From: Somniosus microcephalus
Taxonomy: Eukaryota
DNA length: 64,000 bases
Direction of reading: 5' to 3'
Assembly (NCBI GenBank): GCA_052327205.1
Contig: JBMRGM010000036.1
Span: 79,484,001-79,548,000 of the forward strand
The notes under the pieces are model-generated. The model worked only from the letters and a program-made list of their open reading frames with translations, had not been told where the DNA came from and ran no database searches. Position 1 is the stretch's first letter; each line of letters begins with the position of its first letter. The position numbers and the translations under genes are program-made. Shown one piece after another: positions 34,685-47,232 of this stretch.

Positions 34685-35989
34685 CTGGCCAGGTGAACAT
34701 TTACAAGTTAGTTAGTGCCGGGGAAAGTTAAAGTGCTAATAGCCTTGCTTCCCTTGCCAGATTTCAAAAATTAGAAGCTCAAAGCTTAATCTTCGACAGG
34801 ATCATTTGATCTGAACTAGTCAGGTTAAAAATCGGTTTTGTTCTAGTTTCTAATTAAAGTGGTACATGGTCAAAGTATTACCTACATTGTCCTTGGAAAG
34901 CAGACAGTGTAGGAACTCCCGATCAGCATTTTGTGCAACAAATCCCCTGTGTGTCAAAATTATAGTGGATTGACAATTTTGACAAAGGCTTTTTGTACTT
35001 GAAAAGTTCTCCCATTCCCTAGAGATTCAAATTATACAATTTGGATCTTTCAGACATTGCATTATGAAGGTTTACAAAACATCATTTCACCCAAGAGTCC
35101 TAATGCTTATCCAATGTAAGAAACATCTAATTAAAAAAGGGGTGCATTTTAACCCATTGTGGAAGGATTTCAGAATTATTGCATAAATTTAGTAACTTGG
35201 TACATCTGTGTATTTTAGTTTGTAAATAAATCTGACCTATGGTTTTAGCCTGCATGTTTTGGTCGGTGACTTTTTCCAGCCATCGGGAGAGACAGGGGAA
35301 TATGATGGAGATCTTACGCCACTCTGCCCTTGGCCACATACAGCACAAACAAGACTGCAAGGTTCAGATTGTGGGATCAGCAACTCCAGGTGTCCAACAG
35401 GGTTAGAGCGGACCCAGCCATTCTTTAAGGAATGGCCAACATTCAATGACGCATGGCCACGCGATGCCCAGCTACATCCTCAGCACCCGGTCTGTAATTC
35501 CGTTTGATAGCAGAGCATTTCCCAGCTCAAGGTTATTAAAAGCAGATTATTGACGCCATCTTCATTTCAACCTCAGCCGCAGAGAGAGAGCCACCCGACA
35601 CTTCCCCACCCCTCCCATTGACAGCATCCAATTCTAGTACATCGATTATCAGTGCGACGCGATGGCCAGAAGTGGGCACAACATTCAAGGCGTGGCCTGA
35701 CCATCACCCCTGTGCAGGCGGATCACAATCTCCGGCCGCGGTCAATTGCTTTGGGCAAGGAGTCCCAACATTCCATTATGGCGCAGAACAGGTTTGATTC
35801 CAGATTAACCTCTCAGCTTCTAGCATTCTTCTACTGACACACACCAGCCCAGAGTTTTAAAAATCTGGAGTGTTTCGATAGTGACTTGAGGGGAAAGGGC
35901 AATGGTCACCTGGTTGCAGGGGGCAAGTCAGTGACAGTAGGTCATCAATTTATAGTGACCATTTTAAAATTAAAAATAAATTATTTTAC

Positions 35990-36880
35990 AGAAACATAGA
36001 ATAGGAGTAGGCCATTCGGCCCCTCGAGCCTGTTCCGCCATTCAATGAGATCATGGCTGATCATCCAAATTCAGTACCCGGTCCCTGCCTTCTCCCCATA
36101 CCCCTTGATCCCTTTAGCCTTAAGAAATATATCCAACTCCTTCTTGAATATAGTTAATGAAGTGGCCGCAACTGATTCAGATTAGATTTATTTGCCATAT
36201 GTAACAAGTACAATGGACTGCTTGTTCCCCATAGCATTCTCTATTCAATGCCTTGTGTGGTAGAGAATTCCACAGGTTCACCACTCTCTGGGTGAAGAAA
36301 TTCCTCCTCATCTCTGTCCTAAATGGCTTACCCCTTATCCTTAGACTGTGAACCCTGGTTCTGGACTCCCCCGCCATCAGGAACAGCCTTCCTGCATCCA
36401 GTCTGTCTAGTCCTGTCAGAATTTTATAAGTTTCAATGAGATCCCCTCATTCTTCTAAACTCTAGTGAATATAAGCCTAATCGACCCAATCTCTCCTCGT
36501 AAGTCATTCCTGCCATCCCAGGTATCAGTCTGGTGAATCTTCACTGCACTCTCTCCATGGCAAGAACATCCCTCCTCGGATAAGGAGGATTGTTAGAACA
36601 CAAAGAAATAGGAGCAGCAATAGGCCCCTCGAGCCTGCTCCGCCATTCAATAAGATCATGGCTGATCTTCGACCTCAACCCCACCTTCCCGCCCGATCCC
36701 CATATCCCTCGCCAGCCATTAGGAGGATGGAATGCTCTGCTACACAAGAGTGGTTGAAGAGGAAAATGGGATAATATTTGGAGAGGAAAGGAAGACGGAG
36801 AATTTCTGCATTGCTTTAGCAAAGAGCCGGCCCAGACACAATGGGCTGAATGGCCTCCTTCTGTGCTGAAACTTCTACAT
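35990..36880 (-). mobile_element. cluster of CR1 3' fragments (35990-36580 -, 36595-36710 -, ~36720-36880 +)
   Basis: TRxHSLRIRG..NFFTQRVVNLWNSLP motif and CR1 3' terminal motif. Confidence 0.8.
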
Positions 36881-37354
36881 TGAACAAGGACAGATTAGCA
36901 GGAGCCCTCCCGAGTAGGAGGGACAGAAGTCCCACCGTGGATTGCTGTCCACAACACGCTCCCACGAGCCAAACTCTTGCGGTGCTGCTCCACCGAGTTC
37001 ATTGGGATTTGCTTCAGGTCGAGTATTGGAGGAACTCCCAGCACAAACCCAGCCTCATTCTCTAACTTTTGTCTCCCAATTTCCCCATCACCCTCGAAGG
37101 CACTGACTTGCTGGGCCCCCCTCCCCAAGGGGTGTGAAGTCAGTATCAGCAGGCCAGTTGACCAGGTGAGGCATCACAACCAACCTAACTCCATTCTCAG
37201 CCTGTTTATCAAGGCAGGGTTTGGGGGGGGGGGGGGGGGGGGGGAAAGCACACGAGAACAGGAACCACAATCTATTTAACATTTCCCCCACCCACCCCAA
37301 ACCACAATTGGCCCTAGGGTTGAAGGTTAAATTTCATCCCCAAGTTCCACTCAC

Positions 37355-37461
37355 CTGATAATGATCATGAATTGACACATGCTGAGCTCCAGGGGTACAA
37401 GATACTTGGACTTATCCAGCTGGGGCAGGGACCTCTCCTTAAGGTAGCGTTCCACTATCAC
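37355..37461 (-). CDS. MAP1LC3C: MAP1LC3C-like exon 3 (VIVERYLKERSLPQLDKSKYLVPLELSMCQFMIIIR)
   Basis: 107 nt, AG/GT boundaries, LC3 core motif. Confidence 0.95.
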
Positions 37462-37539
37462 CTGGGGGTGATAGAACAGGTGAAAGGCAGTAACCAGGAG
37501 ATAGTATAGTCGAGTCCAGTCACAGCACATGCTTAATTT

Positions 37540-38200
37540 AGAACACAAGAAATAGGAGCAGGAGTCGGCCATTTGGCCCCTCGAGCCTGCTCCGCCATTC
37601 AATGAAATTGTGGCTGATCTGATCTTGGGCTCAGCTCCACTTCGCTGCCCGCTCCCCCATAACTCCCCTTATTGTTCAAAAAAAAAAAAATCTGTATCTC
37701 CACCTTAAATGTATTTAATGACCCAGCCTCACAGCTCTCTGGGGCAGAGGATTCCACAGATTTATCACCCTCGAGAAGAAATTCCTCCTCATCTCCGTTT
37801 TAAATGGGAGACCCCTTATTCTAGATTCCCCCACGAGGAGGAAACATCATCTCTGCATCTACCCTGTCGAGCCCCCTCAGTATCTTGTGTTTCAATAAGA
37901 TCCCCTCTCATTCTTCTAAACTCCAATGAGTATAGGCTCAACCTTTCTTCACAAGTCAACTCCTTCATCTCAGGAATCAACCTCGTGAACCATCTCTGAA
38001 CTGCCTCCAATGCAAGTATATCCCTCCTTAAATAAGGAGACCAAAACTGCACGCAGTACTCCAATACCCTGTACAGTTGTAGCAAGACTGCCCTGCTTTT
38101 ATACTCCAACCCCCTTGCAATAAAGGCCAACATTGCATTTGCCTTCCTGATTACTTGCTGTACCTGCTTGCTAACTTTGTGTTTCATGCACAAGGACACA
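37540..38200 (-). mobile_element. CR1 3' fragment
   Basis: KANAMLAFIARG..LEYCVQFWSP, 3' tail. Confidence 0.85.
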
Positions 38201-38284
38201 AATTTCACAACAACCTCCTCATTGCCAAGGGTCTGGGGCCACCAATTCACAAGACGACAGGACGAGTCGCTCCTCTGGAGTCAA

Positions 38285-38315
<31 letters not shown>

Positions 38316-38479
38316 CAGATTACGACCCATTCAATACTGGACAGGTTGTCACACCAGCATTAGTGGGAACTGCATTGCTGCTCTGCTCGAGGGGCAGGTT
38401 TAGCTCGAGGGGCAAGTTTAGCTCTCCTAACCCCACTGCAGCCAGGAGAGGCCAGTGTGCAGTGGCTCCCTTAATCTTT

Positions 38480-39110
38480 TTATTTGTTTTAATGGGATGT
38501 GGGCATTGCTGGCAGGCCAGCATTTATTGCCCATCCCTAGTTGCCCCTTGAGAAGGTGGTGGTGAGCCGCCGCCTTGAACCGCTGCAGTCCGTGTGGTGA
38601 AGGTGCTCCCACAGTGCTGTTAGGGAGGGAGTTCCAGGATTTTGACCCAGCCACGATGAAGGAACGGCCGATATATTTCTAAGTCAGGATGGTGTGTGAC
38701 TTGGAGGGGAACTTGGAGGTGGTGGTGTTCCCATGCGCCTGCTGCCCTTGTCCTTCTAGGTGGAAGAGGTCGCGGGTTTGGGAGGTGCTGCCGAAGCCTT
38801 GGCGAGTTGCTGCAGTGCATCTTGTAGATGGTACACACTGCAGCCACGGTGCGCCGGTGGTGGAGGCAGTGAATGTTTAAGGTGGTGGATGAGGTGCCAA
38901 TCAAGCAGGCTGCTTTGTCCTGGATGGTGTCGAGCTTCTTGTGTTGTTGGGAGCTGCACTCATCCAGGCAAGAGGAGAGTATTCCATCACACTCCTGACT
39001 TGTGCCTTGTAGATGGTGGAAAGGCTTTGGGGAGTCAGGAGGGGAGACACTCGCCGCAGAATACCCAGCCTCTGACCTGCTCTTGTTGCCACAGTATTGA
39101 TGTCTACCAT
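38480..39110 (-). mobile_element. CR1/L2-group LINE 3' fragment
   Basis: IYKAQVRSVMEYSPLAW, KSWNSLPNS motifs; same family as 2165-2605 and 44417-44790. Confidence 0.8.
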
Positions 39111-39687
39111 CAACATGGGCAGCCAGTGCTGGAGGGAGTGAGGGGCCGAGGATCTCACTCTCCAGCGACATCACCACCCCCTTCTCTCCCACCCCAAATT
39201 TTTTTTTTTTTTTTTTTTTTTTAAATATAAAAGTCAACTTTTCAGCCCCAATCTCAAACCTCCAGCGTCTCACCAAGCGAGCTTTTTGACTCCCTCCAGT
39301 CAGTTACCCCCTTTGTGGGGACTGCTCACTATGCAACAAAGCAGTGACAGGGAGCTGGTCCCTCCCATTTACAGCCTGCAGAGTTTAGATGTTAAACAGG
39401 GAGAAGATCAATCATGTGAGCTTCACTAATAGCTGCCAGTTACATTGCATCAAGCGGCACAGATCAAAATCCACTACATTAAAAAAAACCTCCTTTAGAA
39501 TTAATTCAACAGTTAATATTTTAAGCAAAGCCACTTGGAGGGTTATGTGCAAGAATTTAAAACAAGCCAAATTTGTAAACAACTGAAACGCAAATTAAGG
39601 TTGTTTATTTAATAAAAAAGGCAGAATCAAGAGTTAGTTACTAAATGAAACAACAGGTTCAAAACCTGCTTAATAATCGAAGCAAAA

Positions 39688-39985
39688 AAGACACACACAC
39701 ACACACACACACACGACAGGGACACAGACACACACACACACAGACGCAACAGGGACACAGACAGAGAGACACACAGACAAGACAGGGACACAGACACAGA
39801 CACAGAGAGAGAGACACACACAGACAGACGAGACAGGGACACAGACAGAGACACAAAGAGAGAGAGACAGACACAAAGACAGAGAGACACAGACACAAAG
39901 ACAGAGACATACACAGACAGACAGACAGAGACACAGACACAGACACAAAGAGAGAGAGACAGACACAAAGAGAGAGAGACAGACA
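39688..39985. repeat. (CA)n/(GA)n compound microsatellite
   Basis: Direct inspection. Confidence 0.95.
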
Positions 39986-40048
39986 CTTCTCTCCCCCACC
40001 ACAATAAAAATAACAGCTTCCAAAACCTTTGCGCCCGAGGATTCTCAC

Positions 40049-40104
40049 CGGCAGTTTGTTGGGAAACTTGCTGCGGATATCATCGACTTCACTTTTCCTT
40101 AGAG
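40049..40104 (-). CDS. MAP1LC3C: MAP1LC3C-like exon 2 ((A)[18 protein letters not shown])
   Basis: 56 nt, TTCCCAG acceptor, CCG|GTGAGA donor. Confidence 0.95.
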
Positions 40105-40338
40105 CTGGGAAGAAGGGAGTAAAAACAAATGAAATTTACAAGAGATCAGAAAAAAGTTTATAGAAAAATTCTGAAATGTACAATTCCGAAATGTTAACAA
40201 AAAAAAAAAGTTTGTCGAGTTCGGAAGTTTTAGAACTTGGGAAAACTTTGGCGAAATGACGAAAAAAGTTGCCGAAAGTTCTGAAACAAATTCTGAAATG
40301 AACAGATGCAAGTTCCAACCGGAGGGGGGACGCCTCAC

Positions 40339-40384
40339 CCAGGCTGCGCCGCTCCTTGAAGGGTTTGTGTTCGGGGGGAGTCAT
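40339..40384 (-). CDS. MAP1LC3C: MAP1LC3C-like exon 1 (MTPPEHKPFKERRSL)
   Basis: GCCATG start, PFKxR motif, G|GTGAGG donor; four exons sum to 387 nt = 128 aa + stop. Confidence 0.93.
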
Positions 40385-40459
40385 GGCTGGGCTACTCGGG
40401 AATCTTAACTGTCTTCAAACAGGCTTCAACTCCCAGCACCAGAGCTGGAGCCGGCGGCC

Positions 40460-40510
40460 TCGCTTCATAAAATGGGCTCGCCCTGATCCAGCTGGCCGCG
40501 ATTGGCTCCG
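40460..40510 (-). promoter_or_regulatory. putative MAP1LC3C core promoter (CCAAT box, TATA-like TTTATGAA)
   Basis: Minus strand GAGCCAATC at ~40500-40508 and TTTATGAA at ~40464-40471, within a GC-rich patch. Confidence 0.4.
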
Positions 40511-41399
40511 GGGTCTCACCTCACTGACCACTCACCACTCACCTCGGCCTCCGAGTTAAAGCTGTTAACCCGTTTCGAGAATGGCCAGTGCTGATTTAAG
40601 CAGGTCAAATGTGTGAAACAGATGCTCAGTAATTACACAGAGAGGGTCTGGTCCTGGTTCTGGGCTCCACCTGCACTGCAAACACTATCATAGGATGGAC
40701 AGCACAGAAGGAGGCCATTCGGCCCACCGTGCTCTTTGACAGTGCTGTCCAATTAGTCCCACTCCCCCCAGCTCTTTCCCCATGGCCCTTGCAATTCCAC
40801 CCCCCCCCCTCCAGTATTTATCAAATTCCTACTGTAAACATTATTGGTTTATCTGTAAAATTTACCACTGCATTTATACTGTTAACCCTAAAGCTGTTTT
40901 TAAGGCTTTGTTCTATTGCGGCTAATGAATGTAATGGATTTATTATGTAATTGATGAGTTGTAACAAGTACTAACATATTTAAATAAATATGTTTGACTC
41001 AAAGAAATTTTTTTTTAAATCAAATTCCCTTTTGAAAGTTACAATTGAACCTGCTCCCTCCGCCCTTTCGGGCAGCGCGCTCCAGATCACAACAACGTGC
41101 TGCGGAAAAAGAAATCCGCAAAAATATTAAGGGCGCGCCCAGTGTGGGGGCCGAGCCCCACACAGAGCAGGCAAGGGCCCAGGCTCCATCCCCGGCCTGT
41201 GCTGGGTCAGCTGTCCTCACCCTGGGTTGTGGCTGGGGAGCTCCAGTTGGCCTCAGTACCCCCGGGACAGGGAGGGGCACCGATCGCAGCACCTTCGACC
41301 ATAGCACCAAGGCTGACAGCTAACTCAGCATGGACCGGGGAAGTAACCTGGGCCTGTTTTAATGGACCAATAGGGGGTGACACTGAGTTCCCCGGTGTC

Positions 41400-41880
41400 T
41401 CAACAACAACTTGCATTTATATAGCGCCTTTTAACGTAGTAAAACATCCCAAAGCGCTTCGCAGGAGCGATTATCAAACAAAATTTGACACCGAGCCACA
41501 TAAGGAGATATTAGGACAGGTGACCAAAAGCTTGGTCAAAGAGGTCGGTTTTAAGGAGCGTCTGAAAGGAGGAGAGAGAGGCGGAGAGGTTTAGGGAGGG
41601 AATTCCAGAGCTCAGGGCCCCAGGCAGCTGAAGGCACGGCCGCCAATGGTGGAGCGATTAAAATCGGGGGATGCGCAAGACGCCAGAATTGGAGGAGCGC
41701 AGAGATCTCGGGGGGTTGCGGGGCTGGAGGAGGTTACAGAGATAGGGAGGGGGCGAGGGCCATGGAGGGATTTGAAAACAAGGATGAGAATTTTAAAATC
41801 GAGGCGTTGCCGGACCGGGAGCCAATGTAGGTCAGCGAGCACAGGGGGTGATGGGTGAACGGGACTTGGTGCGAGTTAGG
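41400..41880 (-). mobile_element. L2 LINE 3' fragment
   Basis: LADLHWLPVRQRLDFKILILVFKSLHG; (GTT)n tail. Confidence 0.88.
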
Positions 41881-42950
41881 ACACGGGGCAGTGAGCACAG
41901 GGGGTGATGGGTGAACGGGACTTGGTGCGAGTTAGGACACGGGGCAGTGAGCACAGGGGGTGATGGGTGAACGGGACTTGGTGCGAGTTAGGACACAGGG
42001 CAGTGAGCACGGGGTGATGGGTGAACGGGACTCGGTGCAAGTTAGGACACGGGGCAGTGAGCACAGGGGGTGATGGGTGAACGGGACTTGGTGCGAGTTA
42101 GGACACAGGGCAGTGAGCACAGGGGGTGATGGGTGAACGGGACTCGGTGCGAGTTAGGACACAGGGCAGTGAGCACGGGGTGATGGGTGAACAGGACTCG
42201 GTGCGAGTTAGGACACGGGGCAGTGAGCACAGGGGGTGATGGGTGAACGGGACTGGGTGCGAGTTAGGACACGGGGCAGTGAGCACGGGGTGATGGGTGA
42301 ACGGGACTCTGTGCGAGTTAGGACACGGGGCAGTGAGCACAGGGGGTGATGGGTGAACGGGACTGGGTGCGAGTTAGGACACAGGGCAGTGAGCACAGGG
42401 GGTGATGGGTGAACGGGACTCGGTGTGAGTTAGGACACGGGGCAGTGAGCACAGGGGGTGATGGGTGAACGGGACTCGGTGCAAGTTAGGACACGGGGCA
42501 GTGAGCACGGGGGGTGATGGGTGAACAGGACTCGGTGCGAGTTAGGACACGGGGCAGTGAGCACAGGGGGTGATGGGTGAACAGGACTTGGTGCGAGTTA
42601 GGACACGGGGCAGTGAGCACAGGGGGTGATGGGTGAATGGGACTCGGTGCGAGTTAGGACACGGGGCAGTGAGCACAGGGGGTGATGGGTGAACGGGACT
42701 TGGTGCGAGTTAGGACACGGGGCAGTGAGCACAGGGGGTGATGGGTGAACGGGACTCGGTGCGAGTTAGGACACGGGGCAGTGAGCACAGGGGGTGATGG
42801 GTGAACAGGACTCGGTGCGAGTTAGGACACGGGGCAGTGAGCACAGGGGGTGATGGGTGAACGGGACTCAGTGCGAGTTAGGACACGGGGCAGTGAGCAC
42901 AGGGGGTGATGGGTGAACGGGACTTGGTGCGAGTTAGGACTCGGGGCAGT
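41835..42950 (-). repeat. 54-56-bp tandem array (~20 copies) derived from L2 RT coding sequence
   Basis: Unit GAGCACAGGGGGTGATGGGTGAACGGGACTTGGTGCGAGTTAGGACACGGGGCAGT; single-copy source visible at 48848-48905. Confidence 0.93.
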
Positions 42951-43334
42951 AGAACAAAAGTGGCCCTTTAAGGGCACCACTATTATAAGTGAACAATTGC
43001 TCCAATTAAACAACATGCTTAAATAGAGCCACAACAAGACTGGAAGTAACCTTAAAAATGACAGTATTATTATTAGTGTCAATAAGACACTCTGTACCCA
43101 GTCGGGAAAAAGGGGTTAGAACCTGGGACCTTTCTAGTCTGTGTGCTTTTGTATCGTAGCTCATGGTTGCACGGCGCCATTAGGCCCTGAAGGAGGCCGA
43201 TTGTGTGACTGAGTCTAGAATATCAGAGACAGAACAAACATTTACCCTCATTGAAAGCCAGTGGGGTGAACAGCGCAGTTTGCAAAGGCTCCACAAGGTG
43301 GCAATCCATTGCAGTACTGGGAGTTGATCCCGAA

Positions 43335-43760
43335 ATAAGAATTAGGAGCAGGAGTCGGCCATTCGGCCCCTTGAGCCTGCTCCGCCATTCAATAAGATTG
43401 TGGCTGATCTTCGACCTCATCTCCACTTTCCCGCCTGATCCCCATATCCCTTGATTCCCCGAGAGTCCAAAAATCAGCCTTGAATATACTCAACGACTGA
43501 GCCTCCACGGCCCTCTGGGGCAGAGAATTCCAAAGATTCACCGCCCTCTGAGTGAAGAAATTCCTCCTCATCTCAGTCCTAAATGGCCGACCCCTTATCC
43601 TGAGACTGTGACCCCTGGTTCTAGACTCTCCAGCCAGGGGGAAACAACCTCTCAGCATCTACCCGGTCAATCCCCCTCAGAATCTTATCTGTTTCAATGA
43701 GATCGCCTCTCATTCTTCTAAACTCCACAGAGTATCGGCCCAACCTACTCAATCTAATCT
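43335..43760 (-). mobile_element. CR1 3' fragment
   Basis: [25 protein letters not shown] and 3' motif. Confidence 0.88.
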
Positions 43761-43929
43761 CGTTTCGCTGCTGAATCAACGCACTCCCTTTCCTCAGCCG
43801 CAGTTCCGGCCACTGTCCTACCTCAAGGAGGCAGTGCAGGAAAGGGCAAGCGAGCTGAAGGTACCTGCGCTCCGAGAGGTTGAAGAGTCTGCCATTCTGG
43901 AGAAGAGAAGCTCAGGGGAGAATTTAGAA

Positions 43930-44415
43930 AGAACAGGCCTGCATTTATAGAGCGCCTTTCATGTCCACAGGACGTCCCAAAGCGCTTTACAGCCAATGAA
44001 GTACTTTGTTGAAGTGTGGTCACTGTTGTAATGTGGGAAATGCGGCAGCCAATTTGCGCACAGCAAGCTCCCACAAACAGCAATGCGATAATGACCAGAT
44101 CATCTGTTTTCAGTGATGTTGATTGAGGGATAAATATTGGCCCCAGGACACCGGGGAGAACGCCCCCTGCTCTTCTTCGAAATAGTGGCCGTGGGATCTT
44201 TTATGTCCAATATTTATCCCTCAAACAACATCTAAAAAACAGACGATCTGGTCATTATCACATTGCTGTTTGTGGGAGCTTGCTGTGCGCAAATTGGCTG
44301 CCGCGTTTCCCACATTACAACAGTGACCACACTTCAAAAAGTACTTCATTGGCTGTAAAGCACATTGGGACAACTGGTGGACGTGAAAGGTGCTATATAA
44401 ATGCAAGTCTTTTCT
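43930..44415. mobile_element. two Deu-domain SINE (SacSINE1-like) 3' halves in inverted orientation
   Basis: Deu motif GCTTGCTGTGCGCAAATTGGCTGCCGC on - (43930-44207) and + (44208-44415). Confidence 0.8.
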
Positions 44416-44416
44416 A

Positions 44417-44790
44417 CCCAGCCTCTGACCTGCTCTTGTTGCCACAGTATTTATGTGGCTGGTCCAGTTAAGTTTCTGATCAATGGTGACCCCCCAGGAT
44501 ATTGATGGTGGGGGATTCGGCAATGGTAATGCCGTTGAATGTCAAGGGGAGGTGGTTAGACTCTCGCTTGTTGGAGATAGTCATTGCCTGGCACTTATCT
44601 GGCGCGAATGCTTCCTGCCACTTATCAGCCCAAGCCTGAACGTCATCCAGGTCTTGTTGCAGGCGGGCATGGACTGCTTCATTATCTGAGGAGTTGTGAA
44701 TGGCGCTGAACACTGTGCAGTCATCAGCGAACATCCCCATTTCTGACCTTATGTTGGAGAGAAGGTCATTGGTGAAGCAGCTGAAGATGG
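44417..44790 (-). mobile_element. CR1/L2-group LINE RT fragment
   Basis: MFADDCTVF..LQQDLDDVQAWADKWQ. Confidence 0.8.
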
Positions 44791-45124
44791 GGCTTTGTTT
44801 AAAACGCAGCATCAGGAAACATAATTGATAAGGTTTGCACATCCATTTCTAGTGAGCCACAGCTTCATCAGCTTGAGTTTGTCAAAGGTTGATAAGAAGA
44901 TCATTATTTTTGTTCCTTTTCTCTCTCCATATTGGAATGAGATTGGTGCATTTTTTGATCTTGTCTATTTTTGTCCTCTTTCAGTTAATTACATTGTCAT
45001 TTTTTAAGTGCAATTAAGTGGTAAATGACTTTAACATTGAGAAAGATCTCAAGGCGTTTCACAGAGTTGTAATTAGACAAAGGTGGAGGCAGAGGATAAG
45101 AAGGCGATACTAGGAGCTGCAATT

Positions 45125-45228
45125 GAGGAGGTGGGCTCCAGGAGGCTGAGGAGGTGGGCTCCAGGAGGCTGAGGAGGTGGGCTCCAGGAGGCTGAGGAGG
45201 TGGGCTCCAGGAGGCTGAGGAGGTGGGG
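45125..45228 (+). repeat. 23-bp tandem repeat, ~4.5 copies (GAGGAGGTGGGCTCCAGGAGGCT)
   Basis: Direct inspection. Confidence 0.9.
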
Positions 45229-45299
45229 AGGTGGAGGGGCTTAGGGAGGGAATTCCAGAGTGTGGGGCCCAGGCATCTGAAGGCATGGCCGCCAATAGA

Positions 45300-47232
45300 A
45301 AGACTTGTGTTTCTCCAGCGACTTTCACCACCTCAGGACGTTCCAAAGCGCTTTACAGCCAATGAAGTACTTTTTGAAGTGTGGTCACTGTTGTAATGTG
45401 GGAAACGCGGCAGCCAATGTGCACACAGCAAGCTCCCACAAACAGCAATGTGATAATGACCAGAGCATCTGTTTTAGTGATGTTGGTTGAGGGATAAATA
45501 TTGGCCCCAGGACACCAGGGAGAACTCCCCTGCTCTTCTTCCAATAGTGGCCGTGGGATCTTTTACATCCACCTGAGAGAACAGATGGGACCTCGGTTTA
45601 ACGTCTCATCCGAAAGACGGCCCCTCCGACAGTGCGGCGCTCCCTCAGTACTGCCCTTCCGACAGTGCGGCGCTCCCTCAGTACCGCCCCTCCGATGGTG
45701 CGGCGCTCCCTCAGTACCGCCCCTCTGATGGTGCGGCGCTCCCTCAGCACTGCCCCTCCGACACTGCGCGCTCCCTCAGTACTGCCCTTCCGACGGTGCG
45801 GTGCTCCCTCAGTACTGCCCCTCCGACGGTGCGGCGCTCCCTCAGTACAGCCCCTCCGACGGTGCAGCGCTCCCTCAGTACTGCTCCTCCGACGGTGCGG
45901 CGCTCCCTCAGTACCGCCCCTCCAACGGTGCGGCTCTCCCTCAGTACCGCCCCTCCGACGGTGCGGCGCTCCCTCAGTACTGCTCCTCCGACGGTGCGGC
46001 GCTCCCTCAGTACCGCCCCTCCGACGGTGCGGCTCTCCCTCAGTACCGCCCCTCCGACGGTGCGGCGCTCCCTCAGTACCGCCCCTCCGACGGTGCGGCG
46101 CTCCCTCACTACCGCCCCTCCGACGGTGCGGCGCTCCCTCAGTACCGCCCCTCCGACGGTGCGGCGCTCCCTCAGTACCGCCCCTCCGACGGTGCGGCGC
46201 TCCCTCAGTACCGCCCCTCCGACGGTGCGGCGCTCCCTCAGTACCGCCCCTCCGACGGTGCGGCGCTCCCTCAGTACCGCCCCTCCGACGGTGCGGCGCT
46301 CCCTCAGTACCGCCCCTCCGACGGTGCGGCGCCCCCTCAGTACCGCCCCTCCGACGGTGCGGCGCTCCCTCAGTACCGCCCCTCCGACGGTGCGGCGCTC
46401 CCTCAGTACCGCCCCTCCGGCGGTGCGGCGCTCCCTCAGTACCGCCCCTCCGACGGTGCGGCGCCCCCTCAGTACCGCCCCTCCGGCGGTGCGGCGCCCC
46501 CTCAGTACCGCCCCTCCGACGGTGCGGCGCCCCCTCAGTACCGCCCCTCCGACGGTGCGGCGCCCCCTCAGTACCGCCCCTCCGACGGTGCGGCGCCCCC
46601 TCAGTACCGCCCCTCCGACGGTGCGGCGCCCCCTCAGTACCGCCCCTCCGACGGTGCGGCGCCCCCTCAGTACCGCCCCTCCGACGGTGCGGCGCCCCCT
46701 CAGTACCGCCCCTCCGACGGTGCGGCGCCCCCTCAGTACCGCCCCTCCGACGGTGCGGCGCCCCCTCAGTACCGCCCCTCCGACGGTGCGGCGCCCCCTC
46801 AGTACCGCCCCTCCGACGGTGCGGCGCCCCCTCAGTACCGCCCCTCCGACGGTGCGGCGCCCCCTCAGTACCGCCCCTCCGACGGTGCGGCGCCCCCTCA
46901 GTACCGCCCCTCCGACGGTGCGGCGCCCCCTCAGTACCGCCCCTCCGACGGTGCGGCGCCCCCTCAGTACCGCCCCTCCGATGGTGCGGCGCCCCCTCAG
47001 TACCGCCCCTCCGACGGTGCGGCGCCCCCTCAGTACCGCCCCTCCGACGGTGCGGCGCTCCCTCAGTACCGCCCCTCCGACGGTGCGGCGCCCCCTCAGT
47101 ACCGCCCCTCCGACGGTGCGGCGCTCCCTCAGTACTGGCACTGGGAGTGACCGCCTAGATTTAGTGCTCGAGTCTCTGGAACCCACAACCTTCTGACTCA
47201 GAGGCAAGTGAGAGAGTGCTACCAACTGATAC
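45300..47232 (-). mobile_element. Deu-SINE (SacSINE1-like) with internal minisatellite expansion
   Basis: tRNA-like head at 47150-47232 (TCAGTTGGTAGCACT..GGGTTC), Deu domain at ~45400-45440. Confidence 0.8.
45620..47137. repeat. 33-bp CpG-rich minisatellite, ~46 copies (CAGTACCGCCCCTCCGACGGTGCGGCGC(T/C)CCCT)
   Basis: 11-aa periodicity in all frames. Confidence 0.97.

Noticed and set aside
39627-40048. Cys/Val/Ser-rich ORFs
   Set aside because: Translation of a CA/GA microsatellite
40110-40310. Repeated TTC(C/T)GAAA motifs in LC3C intron 1
   Set aside because: Degenerate and AT-rich; cannot distinguish a TE relic from STAT-like sites by eye
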